DNA from: an uncultured Pelagibacteraceae bacterium
GTDB lineage: Bacteria; Pseudomonadota; Alphaproteobacteria; Pelagibacterales; Pelagibacteraceae
Reading direction: 5' to 3'
Assembly (NCBI GenBank): GCA_902619675.1
Contig: CACNFA010000002.1
Coordinates: forward strand, 11,847-75,846
Length of the DNA stretch: 64,000 bases
Part shown: positions 43,329 to 54,014 of the stretch, in pieces
How positions within the stretch are numbered: the first letter of the stretch is position 1
How the letters are laid out: each line of letters begins with the position of its first letter
Translations under genes and position numbers: made by a program
Notes under the pieces: generated by a model
Databases searched by the model: none
What the model saw: the letters and a program-made list of their open reading frames with translations, nothing else
Told to the model about the DNA's origin: nothing

Positions 43329-44081
43329 ATGAATAATCTAAAAGCAACAAAAAGAGAAAATTTATCGGCTGGCTCAAATAATAAACTAAGGGCAAAAGGT
43401 TTAATACCCGCAATTTTATATGGTGGAAAAAACTCAAATCAAAATATTTCAGTTAGTAAAAAAGAAATCTCAAATATAATTAATTCTGATACTTTTTTGT
43501 CAAAAGTGCTAGAACTCGAATTAGAAGGAAAAAAGGAAAAAGTTATTCCAAGAGATGTAGCTTACCATGTGGTTTCTGAAGAACCTATTCATATAGATTT
43601 CATGAGAATTGTTTCTGGTAAAAAAATTATTTTGGAAATACCTGTTAAATTTATAAATCATCCAGAGTCTCCAGGATTAAAGCGAGGTGGTGTGCTAAAT
43701 ATTGTAAGAAGAAAAGTTGAATTGAAATGTCCAGCTGAAAATATTCCAGATGAAATAGTAGTTGATTTAACGGGTACAGATATTGGTACAAGTATTAAAA
43801 TTTCTTCAGTAAAACTTCCTGAAAATGTAATACCAACTATTACAGATCGTGATTTCGTAGTTGCAACAGTAGCTGCTCCGACTGTAATTAAAGAGCCTGA
43901 AAAACCTGCTGAAGAAACGACAGCCGAAGGCGCAGAAGGTGAAACACCTGCTGAAGGAACAGAAGCAGTAGCCAAAGACGGAGATCCAGCAAAAAAAGAT
44001 GATAAAGCTAAAGAGGGTTCTGCTGAAAAAAAATCTACTGATAAGAAACCTGAAGAAAAAAAACCTGCTGAAAAGAAATAA
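43329..44081 (+). CDS. rplY: 50S ribosomal protein L25/Ctc
   Basis: IPAILYG, HIDF and PGLKRGGVL motifs; long charged C-terminal tail. Confidence 0.95.
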   Translation: MNNLKATKRENLSAGSNNKLRAKGLIPAILYGGKNSNQNISVSKKEISNIINSDTFLSKVLELELEGKKEKVIPRDVAYHVVSEEPIHIDFMRIVSGKKIILEIPVKFINHPESPGLKRGGVLNIVRRKVELKCPAENIPDEIVVDLTGTDIGTSIKISSVKLPENVIPTITDRDFVVATVAAPTVIKEPEKPAEETTAEGAEGETPAEGTEAVAKDGDPAKKDDKAKEGSAEKKSTDKKPEEKKPAEKK

Positions 44082-44086
44082 TTAAT

Positions 44087-44659
44087 ATGCTTTTACTTGT
44101 TGGATTAGGAAATCCAGGTTCTGACTATACTAATACTAGACACAATATTGGCTTTAAGATTATTGATGCAATAAATATACATTTTAAATTATCAAAACAA
44201 AAACCAAAATTCAAAGGTTTGCTTACAACTGGAAATATCGAAGAGAAAAAAATTTATGCCATTAAGCCATTAACTTTTATGAATAATTCTGGAACTGCTA
44301 TAAAGGAGTTAATAGATTATTTTAAAATTGATGCAAAAGACGTGATAGTTTTTCATGATGATATGGATATTGATTTTGGTAAAATTAAAGCAAAGTTTGG
44401 TGGGAGCAGTGCTGGTCACAATGGAATTGAGTCGATAGATAAATTTATAGGAAAAGAATACTCAAGAGTTCGCATCGGTATTGGACACCCAAAACAAAAG
44501 AAGAAAGTTAACAATCATGTGCTCGAAGATTTTAGAGAGGACGAGGAAGAAAAGATCAAAGAAATTACTGAAAATATTGTAAAGCAGATACCCACACTCA
44601 TTGACAAAAAGATGGATTTATTTTCTAGCAAAGTTAATCAAAACCTAAATGGGATTTAA
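44087..44659 (+). CDS. pth: Peptidyl-tRNA hydrolase
   Basis: GLGNPG, TRHNIG, FMNNSG and GHNG motifs. Confidence 0.97.
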   Translation: MLLLVGLGNPGSDYTNTRHNIGFKIIDAINIHFKLSKQKPKFKGLLTTGNIEEKKIYAIKPLTFMNNSGTAIKELIDYFKIDAKDVIVFHDDMDIDFGKIKAKFGGSSAGHNGIESIDKFIGKEYSRVRIGIGHPKQKKKVNNHVLEDFREDEEEKIKEITENIVKQIPTLIDKKMDLFSSKVNQNLNGI

Positions 44660-45719
44660 GTGTGGAATAGTTGGATTGCCAAATGTTGGTAAATCAACAT
44701 TATTTAATGCTTTAACTGCCTCTAAAAATGCTGAGGCGGCAAATTTTCCTTTCTGCACAATTGATCCCAATATTGGTATTGTTGACGTTGTTGATGAGAG
44801 ATTAGATCAATTAGCTAAGCTTTCTAATTCAAAAAAAAAGATTTATACAAACATAACTTTTGTTGACATAGCTGGCTTAGTTAAGGGTGCATCAAAAGGT
44901 GAGGGTCTTGGCAATAAATTTCTTTCACATATTAGAGAAGTAGATGCGATAATACATTTAGTGAGGTGCTTCGACTCAGAAAAAATTACCCACGTAAATT
45001 CAAAAATAAGCCCTTCAAGTGATTTAGAAACTATAAAGACAGAAATAGTTTTGTCTGACCTTGATATTGTTCAAAAAAAACTTGAAAAGGGTAAAAAGAA
45101 ACTTCTTGAGGATAAAGAAATAAAGATTTTAAAAGAAAAATTAAATCAGCTTGATAAAAATCAAGAGGTGAAGATTAATAATGAAGAAGAAAATAAATTT
45201 TTATCTAGTATAGGTCTATTAAGTATTAAACCTAAAATAATTGTATGTAATGTAGATGAAGAGAATTTGTCTAAAGGAAATCAATATACTGAAGATGTAC
45301 AAAACAAATATCCTAATGAAAAAATAATAAAAATCTGTGCTGATATAGAAGACCAGCTTTCGGGTTTAGATAAGAATGAAAAAGAGACTTTTATGCAGGA
45401 TATCGGTTTAAATAAAACCGGATTAAATCAATTGATTAAAGAAGGATATGATCTTTTAAAATTAGATACTTTTTTTACTTCAGGCCCTGAGGAAAGCAGA
45501 GCTTGGACAGTAAAAAAAAATACTGTTGCCCCAAAAGCAGCTAGTGTCATTCATACCGATTTTGAAAAAAATTTTATCAGAGCGGAGGCTGTATCTTGTG
45601 AAGATTTTATAAAATATGGTAGTGTAGAAAAATGTAAGGAAAATGGAAAATTAAGAATTGAAGGAAAAGATTATATTGTAAAAGATGGTGATGTTTTATA
45701 CTTCAGAGTCAATCCTTGA
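44649..45719 (+). CDS. ychF: Redox-regulated ATPase YchF
   Basis: GLPNVGKST, DIAGLV and a TGS domain. Confidence 0.97.
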   Translation: MGFKCGIVGLPNVGKSTLFNALTASKNAEAANFPFCTIDPNIGIVDVVDERLDQLAKLSNSKKKIYTNITFVDIAGLVKGASKGEGLGNKFLSHIREVDAIIHLVRCFDSEKITHVNSKISPSSDLETIKTEIVLSDLDIVQKKLEKGKKKLLEDKEIKILKEKLNQLDKNQEVKINNEEENKFLSSIGLLSIKPKIIVCNVDEENLSKGNQYTEDVQNKYPNEKIIKICADIEDQLSGLDKNEKETFMQDIGLNKTGLNQLIKEGYDLLKLDTFFTSGPEESRAWTVKKNTVAPKAASVIHTDFEKNFIRAEAVSCEDFIKYGSVEKCKENGKLRIEGKDYIVKDGDVLYFRVNP

Positions 45720-46478
45720 CCATATTTTTTTCATGCTTAAATAAACAAGAATTGTTAAAAGAACTAAATAAATGATTACTTTTACACCAGTTTTATGTCT
45801 CTCTTCGAGTTCTGGCTCAGCAGCCCAAGCCAAAAAAGTTGTTACATCTTTGGCCATTTGATCAACAGTAGACTCCGTGCCATCTGCATATTCAACTAAA
45901 CCATCCATTAAATTATTTGGCATTTTAATTTTATTACCAGCCATATATTTATTGTAATAAACACCGTCATCAAGAGTTACACCTGGAGGAGGGTCTTCGT
46001 AGCCAACAAGAACTGAATAAATATAATTAGCTCCTCCTTTTCTTGCTTTGACTAAAACTGACATATCAGGCGGGTATGCCCCACCATTTGCAGCTGTCGC
46101 TGCCTGAACATTAGGGTATGGACTCTTAAATTTATCTGAAGGTTTTCCTGGTCGAGTAAACATTTCTCCTTGAGAGTCTGGACCATCCTCTATTTCGAAA
46201 CTAGCTGCAATCGCTTTTACTTCTTGTTCTGAAAACTCAGGTCCACCAGGTTCTCCTAGATTTCTATAGCTAAGATATTGCATTGAATGGCAAGAAGCAC
46301 AGACTTCTTTATAAACTTGAAAACCTCTTTGTAGTGACGCTCTATCAAAAGTTCCTGTTAAACCTTTAAAACTCCAATCTACTTTTATTGGATCAACCAT
46401 TTCAGCGCTTTGTAGTGGTCTAAGTGAGATAAGAAGTAAAAAAGATAAAACGAGTAGTTTTATATTAGACTTTATCAT
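45696..46478 (-). CDS. petC: Cytochrome c1
   Basis: CASCH heme motif, PPDMS and a C-terminal TM. Confidence 0.97.
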   Translation of the reverse strand: MIKSNIKLLVLSFLLLISLRPLQSAEMVDPIKVDWSFKGLTGTFDRASLQRGFQVYKEVCASCHSMQYLSYRNLGEPGGPEFSEQEVKAIAASFEIEDGPDSQGEMFTRPGKPSDKFKSPYPNVQAATAANGGAYPPDMSVLVKARKGGANYIYSVLVGYEDPPPGVTLDDGVYYNKYMAGNKIKMPNNLMDGLVEYADGTESTVDQMAKDVTTFLAWAAEPELEERHKTGVKVIIYLVLLTILVYLSMKKIWSRIDSEV

Positions 46479-47724
46479 TAACCTTCCTAGCTAAAGATGG
46501 TTCTGCTCCTCCGGTTAATACTGGCTCGGAGATGCTCATAGGAATCGGATCCGTTTTTTCCAAATAACCAACAACAGGCATAACTACTATAAAATGTAAG
46601 AAATAATAAATAGTTCCCACTCTAGCTAATACTAAGTAAATTCCTTCAGCTGGCATCGCACCAACATAACCAAGCATTAGAACGTCTATTACTAATATCC
46701 AAAAGAACTGTCTATAAATCGGTCTAAAAACAGCCGATCTAACTTTTGATGTGTCTAACCAAGGTAGAACGAACAAAATAAAAATGGCACTAAACATTAA
46801 AATAACGCCTCCTAGTTTGTCAGGCACTGATCTTAAAATTGCATAGAAAGGAAGCAAATACCATTCAGGCACAATATGTGCAGGGGTGACTAATGGGTTA
46901 GCTGGAATGTAATTATCAGAATGTCCTAAAACATTTGGTGTAAAGAAAACAAATCCAGCAAATATAATCATAAAGACTAGAAGTGCGAAAGCGTCTTTAA
47001 TTGTTATATAAGGATGAAATGGAACTGTATCTTTTGAAGGTTTCTTTATATCAATACCTACAGGATTATTATTACCTGGAACATGTAAAGCCCAAATATG
47101 CAAAACTACTAATCCTAAAATTAAAAACGGAATTAAGTAATGTAAACTAAAGAATCTGTTAAGTGTTGGATTATCTACAGAATATGCTCCCCATAACCAA
47201 GTTGTTATACTATCTCCAACTAATGGGATCGCACTAAATAAATTAGTTATTACTGTAGCACCCCAGAAACTCATTTGACCCCAAGGCAAAACATAACCCA
47301 TGAAAGCTGCTGCCATCATCAATAAATAAATCATCAGACCAATTATCCAGATCACTTCTCTTGGTGATTTATATGATCCATAAAATAAAGACCTAAAAAT
47401 ATGAATATAAACTGCTAAGAAAAACATAGATGCACCATTACTATGAATATATCTTATTAGCCAACCATAATTTACATCTCTCATTATGTGTTCTACACTC
47501 GCAAAAGCTAAATCTGCATGAGCGACGTAATGCATTGCTAAAACAATTCCTGTAACTATTTGGGTGATTAAACAAAAAGTTAGAATTCCACCAAAGGTCC
47601 ACCAATAATTTAAATTTTTTGGAGTAGGATAATCAGTAAGGTGTGCTCCAAGAGTAAGCAATGGCAAACGGTCGTTAAACCATTTAGCTACTTTAGATTT
47701 CGGTACGTATTCGTGTTCACTCAT
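46465..47724 (-). CDS. petB: Cytochrome b
   Basis: PWGQMSFWG and PEWY motifs. Confidence 0.98.
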   Translation of the reverse strand: MSEHEYVPKSKVAKWFNDRLPLLTLGAHLTDYPTPKNLNYWWTFGGILTFCLITQIVTGIVLAMHYVAHADLAFASVEHIMRDVNYGWLIRYIHSNGASMFFLAVYIHIFRSLFYGSYKSPREVIWIIGLMIYLLMMAAAFMGYVLPWGQMSFWGATVITNLFSAIPLVGDSITTWLWGAYSVDNPTLNRFFSLHYLIPFLILGLVVLHIWALHVPGNNNPVGIDIKKPSKDTVPFHPYITIKDAFALLVFMIIFAGFVFFTPNVLGHSDNYIPANPLVTPAHIVPEWYLLPFYAILRSVPDKLGGVILMFSAIFILFVLPWLDTSKVRSAVFRPIYRQFFWILVIDVLMLGYVGAMPAEGIYLVLARVGTIYYFLHFIVVMPVVGYLEKTDPIPMSISEPVLTGGAEPSLARKVNDKV

Positions 47725-47730
47725 AATTTC

Positions 47731-48252
47731 TTAACCAATCTTTATTGTATTACTGTCAACAAATTCGAACTTCGGTATCTCCATGTTTGTTGGCGCTGGT
47801 CCTTTTCTTATTCTGCCTGATACATCATAGTGTGAACCATGACAAGGACAAAACCAACCATTAAAATCGCCTTTATCTTTTAGAGGTACACATCCAAGAT
47901 GCGTACAAACGCCTAGCATGACTAACCATTCGTCTTTACCCTCTTTTACTCTATCTTCATCTTTTTGAGGATCAGGCAAATCGTCCATCTTTACTGCTCT
48001 GGCCTCAGCAATTTCCGCTGGAGTCCTTCTTTTTAAGAATACTGGTTTTCCTCTCCATAAAACAGTAATAGACTTACCAGGTTCTATACTACTAATATCA
48101 ACTTCTGTAGTTGCTAAAGCTTGTTGGGCTTTATCAGGATTCATTTGGTCAATCATTGGCCAAATAACTGCTCCAACCCCTACTGCTCCTACTGTATAAC
48201 TAGCTGTAAATAAAAAATCTCTTCTATTAACTTTTTTTTCTTCTTTGCTCAT
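47731..48252 (-). CDS. petA: Rieske iron-sulfur subunit of bc1
   Basis: Tat motif RRDFL, CTHLGC and CPCHGS. Confidence 0.98.
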   Translation of the reverse strand: MSKEEKKVNRRDFLFTASYTVGAVGVGAVIWPMIDQMNPDKAQQALATTEVDISSIEPGKSITVLWRGKPVFLKRRTPAEIAEARAVKMDDLPDPQKDEDRVKEGKDEWLVMLGVCTHLGCVPLKDKGDFNGWFCPCHGSHYDVSGRIRKGPAPTNMEIPKFEFVDSNTIKIG

Positions 48253-48341
48253 TTATGTAAGTGCTTATAATATAATTATTAAATAAAACCATATTTTAAA
48301 GATTTCTAGGGTCAGAATGACACATAAATTAAGCTTAAATA

Positions 48342-48791
48342 ATGCACATAGTACTTTACAAACCTGATATCCCTCAAAATACTGCAGCAATAATCAGACT
48401 GGGAGCCTGTCTAAATTTGAATATTCACTTAATAGAACCATGTGGTTTTAATTTAAACGATAGCAGATTTAAAAGAGTAGTTATGGATTATGCTGGCTTA
48501 AGTAAGATTGTTCGGCACAATAGTTTTGAATCATTTAAAAAAAAATATAAGAAATCAAGAATAGTTTTAATGACAACCAAGGCAAAAAAATTATATCATA
48601 AGTTTAAATTTAAAAAGAATGATATGCTTTTATTTGGAAAAGAAAGTGCTGGGGTTCCAGAAAAGATACATAAAATACTCAAAAATAAAATAAAGATACC
48701 TATGAACAAAAAAACTAGATCTTTAAATGTTGCAATGAGTGTTGCGATAGTAGCTTCTGAAGCTTTAAGACAAAATAACTTACTTAAATGA
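48342..48791 (+). CDS. trmL: tRNA (cytidine34-2'-O)-methyltransferase
   Basis: PDIPQNT, LIEPCGF, FGKESAG and RSLNVA SPOUT motifs. Confidence 0.93.
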   Translation: MHIVLYKPDIPQNTAAIIRLGACLNLNIHLIEPCGFNLNDSRFKRVVMDYAGLSKIVRHNSFESFKKKYKKSRIVLMTTKAKKLYHKFKFKKNDMLLFGKESAGVPEKIHKILKNKIKIPMNKKTRSLNVAMSVAIVASEALRQNNLLK

Positions 48792-49612
48792 TTACACCTG
48801 AATTTAGAAAAAAAATGGCTGATAGCTGGTTTTCATATTTACAAACTCAGATTTGTAAAGAATTTGAATATCTTGAAAATAATAAAGTGAAATTCTCAAA
48901 AAGAGATTGGAATAAAAATAAAAAAAATGAAGGTGGAGGAACTTCATTTCTGTTATCAAATGGAAAAATATTTGATAAAGTTGGAGTCAATAAGTCTACC
49001 GTTTCAGGAATTTTTCCTAAACAATTTAGATCAAAAATATTAGGAGCTGAAAGAAAAGGTAAATACTGGGCTTCAGGAGTTTCTGTGGTTGCTCATATGA
49101 GAAACCCCAAAATGCCTGCAATACATTTCAACACTAGGTTTATAGTAACTTCTAAAGAGTGGTTTGGTGGAGGGATGGATGTAACACCAAGTTATGAAGA
49201 TCTAAAAGAAAAAAAAATGATACATGATGAATTAAAAAAAATATGTTTTCAAAATAAAAAAGATTATAAAAAATACAAAAAATGGTGTGATGAATATTTT
49301 TATTTACCACACAGAAAAGAAGCTAGAGGCATTGGTGGTATTTTTTTTGATTATGAAACTAAAGATTGGATTAAAAATTTTAAATTTGTAAGAGAGCTTG
49401 GTCTTTCTTTTATAGATATTTCAAAGAAAATTATAAAGAGAAAAGAAAAATTTAAATGGACAAACAAAGACAAAGAAAAACAGTTCATCAAACGAGGAAG
49501 GTATGTAGAGTTCAATCTTTTGTATGATAGAGGCACGAGATTTGGATTAAACTCAGGAGGAAATATTGACTCAATATTAATGTCACTCCCTCCTGAAGCA
49601 AAGTGGAAATAG
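48788..49612 (+). CDS. hemF: Oxygen-dependent coproporphyrinogen III oxidase
   Basis: WFGGGMD, RGIGGIFFD and RGRYVEFNLLYDRGT motifs. Confidence 0.96.
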   Translation: MITPEFRKKMADSWFSYLQTQICKEFEYLENNKVKFSKRDWNKNKKNEGGGTSFLLSNGKIFDKVGVNKSTVSGIFPKQFRSKILGAERKGKYWASGVSVVAHMRNPKMPAIHFNTRFIVTSKEWFGGGMDVTPSYEDLKEKKMIHDELKKICFQNKKDYKKYKKWCDEYFYLPHRKEARGIGGIFFDYETKDWIKNFKFVRELGLSFIDISKKIIKRKEKFKWTNKDKEKQFIKRGRYVEFNLLYDRGTRFGLNSGGNIDSILMSLPPEAKWK

Positions 49613-49614
49613 TT

Positions 49615-50091
49615 ATGGAAAAAGAACCAATTACAGTCAGTGGTCTTCAAAATTTAAAGGCAGAGTTAGAAGATCTAAAAAATATTCAAAGGCCAAAAAT
49701 TGTAGAAGCAATAGCTGAAGCAAGATCTCATGGAGATTTAAAAGAGAATGCTGAATATCATGCTGCAAAAGAGCAACAAGCATTAATCGAAAGCCGTGTT
49801 ATTGCAATTAATGATATAATAGCAAGAGCGAATGTAATTGATGTCACTAAAATAGAAAATAATGGAAAAGTAATTTTTGGATCGACTGTAAAAGTTCAAG
49901 ATTTAGAATCAGATAAAAAAATTTCTTATAGATTAGTAGGCCAGGATGAAGCAGATATAAAAAAGAATCTAATTTTTTTTAAAAGTCCAATAGGGAAAGC
50001 CCTTATCGGTAAAAATAAAGGTGAGATGATAAGTGTAACGACACCTTCCGGGGAGAGAAACTTTGAAATACTTGATGTTGAATATATTTAA
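49615..50091 (+). CDS. greA: Transcription elongation factor GreA
   Basis: HGDLKENAEYHAAKE and SPIGKAL motifs. Start taken as the ATG at 49615. Confidence 0.97.
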   Translation: MEKEPITVSGLQNLKAELEDLKNIQRPKIVEAIAEARSHGDLKENAEYHAAKEQQALIESRVIAINDIIARANVIDVTKIENNGKVIFGSTVKVQDLESDKKISYRLVGQDEADIKKNLIFFKSPIGKALIGKNKGEMISVTTPSGERNFEILDVEYI

Positions 50092-51350
50092 TTTGAATTT
50101 ACTTTAATTATTTCTTCAACTCTTTCATTTGAAATTTTAAAATTATTATTTATCCACTCTTTCTCTAAAATTTTTAAAACATTTCCTAATCTCAGTCCCT
50201 CCTGCATCCCCCTTTGCTTTAAGATCTCGCCATCTATTGGAAATATAGGTACTTTAATTTCTAAAATTTCATTAAGAGTTTTAAAAAAATCATTTATTTT
50301 CACTTTTGAATTTATTGAAAAGTTAATTATATTAAGAGCTATTAAATGATTTTTTCCATTTAAATAAGCATTTTTAATTAAATTTTTTTCAAAAAACTCT
50401 TTATCATTTTTCAGTTCTATTAAATTTTTATTAAATTGATCCAAGGTATCCTTAGTTTTATTAGATGCATTATACTTATGAATAAAATATTCATGATTTT
50501 CCTTTTCATCAATCAACATCACTGCCAACAAAATATCTACATTTACTTCTGAATAATGATATATCTTTTTAAGTCTTTCTAATCTGTTCAAATACAAAAA
50601 TTCAGGAAATATCATTGAAAATATTTCCCTCAAATTACCACTTTGATTAATTGTTAAAAAGTTTTTTAGACTTAAAATTTTTATTAATTCAATTAAAATT
50701 CTCTCTTTGGAGATTTTTTGAATACCTACTAGATTTTGTTTAATCACATCACTAGTTGTTGGTTCAACTGCAATATCATACATAACTTTAAATCTTATAA
50801 ATCTGATAATTCTTAAATAATCCTCTTCTATTCTTTTTTGTGGGTCTCCAATAAACTTGATAATTTTATTTTTAAGATCAACTGTTCCCATTTGTGGATC
50901 ATAAAGTTTTCCATTGATATCCATATAAATTGCATTAATTGTGAAATCTCTTCTCTCAGAGTCTTGTTGCCAGTTATCAGTATATTCTACCTCTGCATGT
51001 CTTCCATCTGTTCTGACATCCTTTCTTAAGGTTGTTAATTCAACTTTGTGTTTTTTTGAAACAATAGTAACAGTTCCATGTTTAACTCCTGTATCAATAA
51101 CTTTTAGATTTGTGTCTTTTAATTTTTCTTTGATCTGGTCTGTTGTTAAAATTGTTGCAATGTCAATATCATCTATTTTTTCATTTAAGAGATGCTTCCT
51201 TACACATCCACCTACAAATCTTGAGGCTACTTTATCTTCAGGAATACCCTCTTGTAATTTTTTGAAGATAAATTTTAAATCTTTATTTTTATAAAAAGGA
51301 AAAATCAGATTTTTGATATTTTGTAAAAAATTTAAACTTAGATTGAACAT
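50088..51350 (-). CDS. cca: CCA tRNA nucleotidyltransferase
   Basis: VGGCVR, DIDIAT, RRDFTINA and EDYLRIIR motifs. Confidence 0.9.
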   Translation of the reverse strand: MFNLSLNFLQNIKNLIFPFYKNKDLKFIFKKLQEGIPEDKVASRFVGGCVRKHLLNEKIDDIDIATILTTDQIKEKLKDTNLKVIDTGVKHGTVTIVSKKHKVELTTLRKDVRTDGRHAEVEYTDNWQQDSERRDFTINAIYMDINGKLYDPQMGTVDLKNKIIKFIGDPQKRIEEDYLRIIRFIRFKVMYDIAVEPTTSDVIKQNLVGIQKISKERILIELIKILSLKNFLTINQSGNLREIFSMIFPEFLYLNRLERLKKIYHYSEVNVDILLAVMLIDEKENHEYFIHKYNASNKTKDTLDQFNKNLIELKNDKEFFEKNLIKNAYLNGKNHLIALNIINFSINSKVKINDFFKTLNEILEIKVPIFPIDGEILKQRGMQEGLRLGNVLKILEKEWINNNFKISNERVEEIIKVNSN

Positions 51351-51357
51351 AAATCTA

Positions 51358-51431
51358 TGGCTGGGGCACTAGGATTCGAACCTAGGATGGCGGTATCAAA
51401 AACCGCTGCCTTACCGCTTGGCTATGCCCCA
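51358..51431 (-). tRNA. tRNA-Gln(TTG); CCA encoded
   Basis: TGGGGCATAGCCAAGCGGTAAGGCAGCGGTTTTTGATACCGCCATCCTAGGTTCGAATCCTAGTGCCCCAGCCA folds as a cloverleaf. Confidence 0.95.
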
Positions 51432-51466
51432 AATACAAATGACTGATACATCATAATTCATTAAAT

Positions 51467-52309
51467 TTAAATAGTTTTTGCAATTGAAAACTGAAATTTT
51501 GGGTATTTTTTTCTGAGAGATTTAAGTGCGACTTTTAAACAATTTTGATTTGAAAACAAACCATAGCAAGAAGACCCTGAGCCAGACATTCTTGAAAAAT
51601 AACAACCCTTCAGGTCATTAATGCTTAATAGTAAACTTTTAACCTTCGGGTGTTTTTTTTCAACAATAAATTGTAAGTCATTTTTCGACTTTCTAAGATG
51701 TTCAATAAAATTTTTTTTTGAACTAAAATTTTTTTTAATCTGGACATTTTCATTAGAAAATACTTTTACCTTGGAATAAACCTCTTTTGTCGAGCTTATT
51801 ATTCTAGGGTTAGCTATAATAAAAAATAACTTAAACTTCTTCTGAAATTTAACTACTGTTTTGATGTTTTTAAGATAACCTTGATCATAAAAAAATAGTC
51901 TTGAGTCAGTGCCAATGGTGCGATCGATTTTGTTCATCAAATTATTATTAATTTTTTTGCTTATTAAATACTTAAGAATTGAAATGGCATTACTAGTGCC
52001 TCCTCCAAGGCCTGCAAAAACTGGGATCCTCTTATAAACACTTATAGAATAATAATTCGAAATATATTTATTTTCTCTAAGTATTTTTAAAACTTTTTTG
52101 ACAGAATTATTAGATCTTTTAAGATATTTAGAAAAGGGTCCTTTAAATATGATTTTGTCAGTTTTTTTTCTTTCTGATCTCTTTTTTATATAAATCGTGT
52201 CAAAAAGATTTATTAAACAATAAAAAGATTGAATATCATGGAGTCCGCTAGCTAATTTATTAATTATCGATAAAGATAAGTTAATTTTTGCATAAGATTT
52301 TAAGACCAT
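51467..52309 (-). CDS. ispE: CDP-ME kinase
   Basis: AKINLSL, IPVFAGLGGGTSNA, NDL and MSGSGS motifs. Confidence 0.93.
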   Translation of the reverse strand: MVLKSYAKINLSLSIINKLASGLHDIQSFYCLINLFDTIYIKKRSERKKTDKIIFKGPFSKYLKRSNNSVKKVLKILRENKYISNYYSISVYKRIPVFAGLGGGTSNAISILKYLISKKINNNLMNKIDRTIGTDSRLFFYDQGYLKNIKTVVKFQKKFKLFFIIANPRIISSTKEVYSKVKVFSNENVQIKKNFSSKKNFIEHLRKSKNDLQFIVEKKHPKVKSLLLSINDLKGCYFSRMSGSGSSCYGLFSNQNCLKVALKSLRKKYPKFQFSIAKTI

Positions 52310-52310
52310 T

Positions 52311-54011
52311 TTAAAGGCCTTTAATTAATTTATCTTGAATTTTATTTTTTAAATCTTTTTCAGCCCGTTTAAGATTGAGAACATAATTCCAATAATATCT
52401 AGCCTGAATTTCTTTACCATTCTTCCAAAGAGCATCGCCAAAGTGATCATTTATAATTGGATCTGCGGGTAACAGCCTGACAGCAAGTTGTAAATATTTT
52501 TGAGATTCTTCGTATCTCTTCAATTTAAATAAAGCCCAACCAAGAGAATCGATTATGTAAGGGTCGTTAGACTTTAAATTGTTAGCTTTTTTTAACATAT
52601 CTAAAGATTTCTCAATTTTTATTCCCTGTTCTATCCAGGAATAAGCTAAGTAGTTAATCACATAAGCTTGATCTGGCTCAGCTTTTAAAGATGCTAATAA
52701 ATCTTTTTCCGCTTTTTTCCAATCTCCAATCCTCTCATAAGAGACACCACGACTATCTGTTACTTCAGGATAAAGAGGATGTTCAAAGTTTATGGAATTT
52801 AAAATTTTTGTGTAATAATTAATAGACTCTTTAAATTTTTTATTATTTTTCAAAAACTCTGCAAAATCATAGGTTTCATAAATTCCTTTTACTGGCAAAT
52901 TATCATATGCTTTGTTTAACAACTTTAAAGCTTTTTCTAAGTTGTTCTCCTGAACTAAAATTCTTGAAATTTGTTTACTAGAATACCAGCTAAACGCATC
53001 ACCATATGCCATAAACTCTTTATAAATCTTTTTTGCACTTATTGTATCGTCGATCTTATAAAAATTCTCTGCCAATAAAGCATCGAAAGAATGAAAATCT
53101 TTGTTAAGATATTTAGCAATATTTAAGTAAAAATTTGATATAGAAAAGATTGACTGTGAAGATAAAGCATTAGCAGTGATGTATAAAATTTCAGCAATTA
53201 TATGATTAAGTTCTTTACAATTGAAATTAAAATTTTTTTTTGAGTCTATCAAATCAAAGTTGAATTGATTGAGTAATAAATTTCTTGGATATTTTTTTAG
53301 TGCAGAATTCAAAATTTTTTTTGCTTCGGTTTTTTTTCCTTCATCATTTAAGAATTTTGCATAAAAATAATTGTATCTAGAAAAATCTGTTTTCTGATTA
53401 TTAATAAGTTTTTTAAAAAGTTCATCTGTCTTATTGCTATTATAAAAACAATTTAAAAATATATTTTGTATTTTTATTAAATTATTAAATCTTTTATCAA
53501 GTGAATTTAAAGAGAATGATGCTTGTTCTAAATTACTATTTTCTAAGTTAGACCAAATAATCAATGTATCGACAACATAATTATCTAATAACGAAATAGA
53601 ATTTCTTTTCTTCGCTTTGATAAAATATTTACTTGCTAATTCAAATTTTGAATGTGAAAAATAATAAATTCCTATGATAAGTTCGCTTTGAAAAATGCTA
53701 AGTTTTTCTTTTTCAAGTTTTTTTGAGTAATTGAAAGCTTGAATAAAATTTCCTGAATTAATCAAAGTATAAATAAATTTTTCTGAATAATCTTGGTGGG
53801 TACTTTCTAAACCATTAAGTCTTTTCAAAAATTCTAAGGAGTCATCATATTTACTTTGATTTAATAGTAAGACTCCTGAGAAATAGTTAGCAATACTATC
53901 TGCTTTTAGGTATTTATCTAAATTTCTCGCTTCAAGTGTGGAAAAAAAAATAAAAACAATGACAAAAATAAAATGTCCTGTAAGCTTATATAGTTTTTTA
54001 CAAATAAACAT
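52311..54011 (-). CDS. Exported tetratricopeptide repeat protein
   Basis: Signal/TM N-terminus; C-terminal TPRs with NYLAYSW, IIDSLGWA and DHFGDALW, typical of the TPR gene upstream of ispE. Confidence 0.85.
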   Translation of the reverse strand: MFICKKLYKLTGHFIFVIVFIFFSTLEARNLDKYLKADSIANYFSGVLLLNQSKYDDSLEFLKRLNGLESTHQDYSEKFIYTLINSGNFIQAFNYSKKLEKEKLSIFQSELIIGIYYFSHSKFELASKYFIKAKKRNSISLLDNYVVDTLIIWSNLENSNLEQASFSLNSLDKRFNNLIKIQNIFLNCFYNSNKTDELFKKLINNQKTDFSRYNYFYAKFLNDEGKKTEAKKILNSALKKYPRNLLLNQFNFDLIDSKKNFNFNCKELNHIIAEILYITANALSSQSIFSISNFYLNIAKYLNKDFHSFDALLAENFYKIDDTISAKKIYKEFMAYGDAFSWYSSKQISRILVQENNLEKALKLLNKAYDNLPVKGIYETYDFAEFLKNNKKFKESINYYTKILNSINFEHPLYPEVTDSRGVSYERIGDWKKAEKDLLASLKAEPDQAYVINYLAYSWIEQGIKIEKSLDMLKKANNLKSNDPYIIDSLGWALFKLKRYEESQKYLQLAVRLLPADPIINDHFGDALWKNGKEIQARYYWNYVLNLKRAEKDLKNKIQDKLIKGL

Positions 54012-54014
54012 AAA

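Noticed and set aside
43890-44081. Repeated AAAACCTGCTGAA-like units at the end of rplY
   Set aside because: They encode the low-complexity KPAE tail typical of Ctc/L25 proteins and are not a DNA repeat array.
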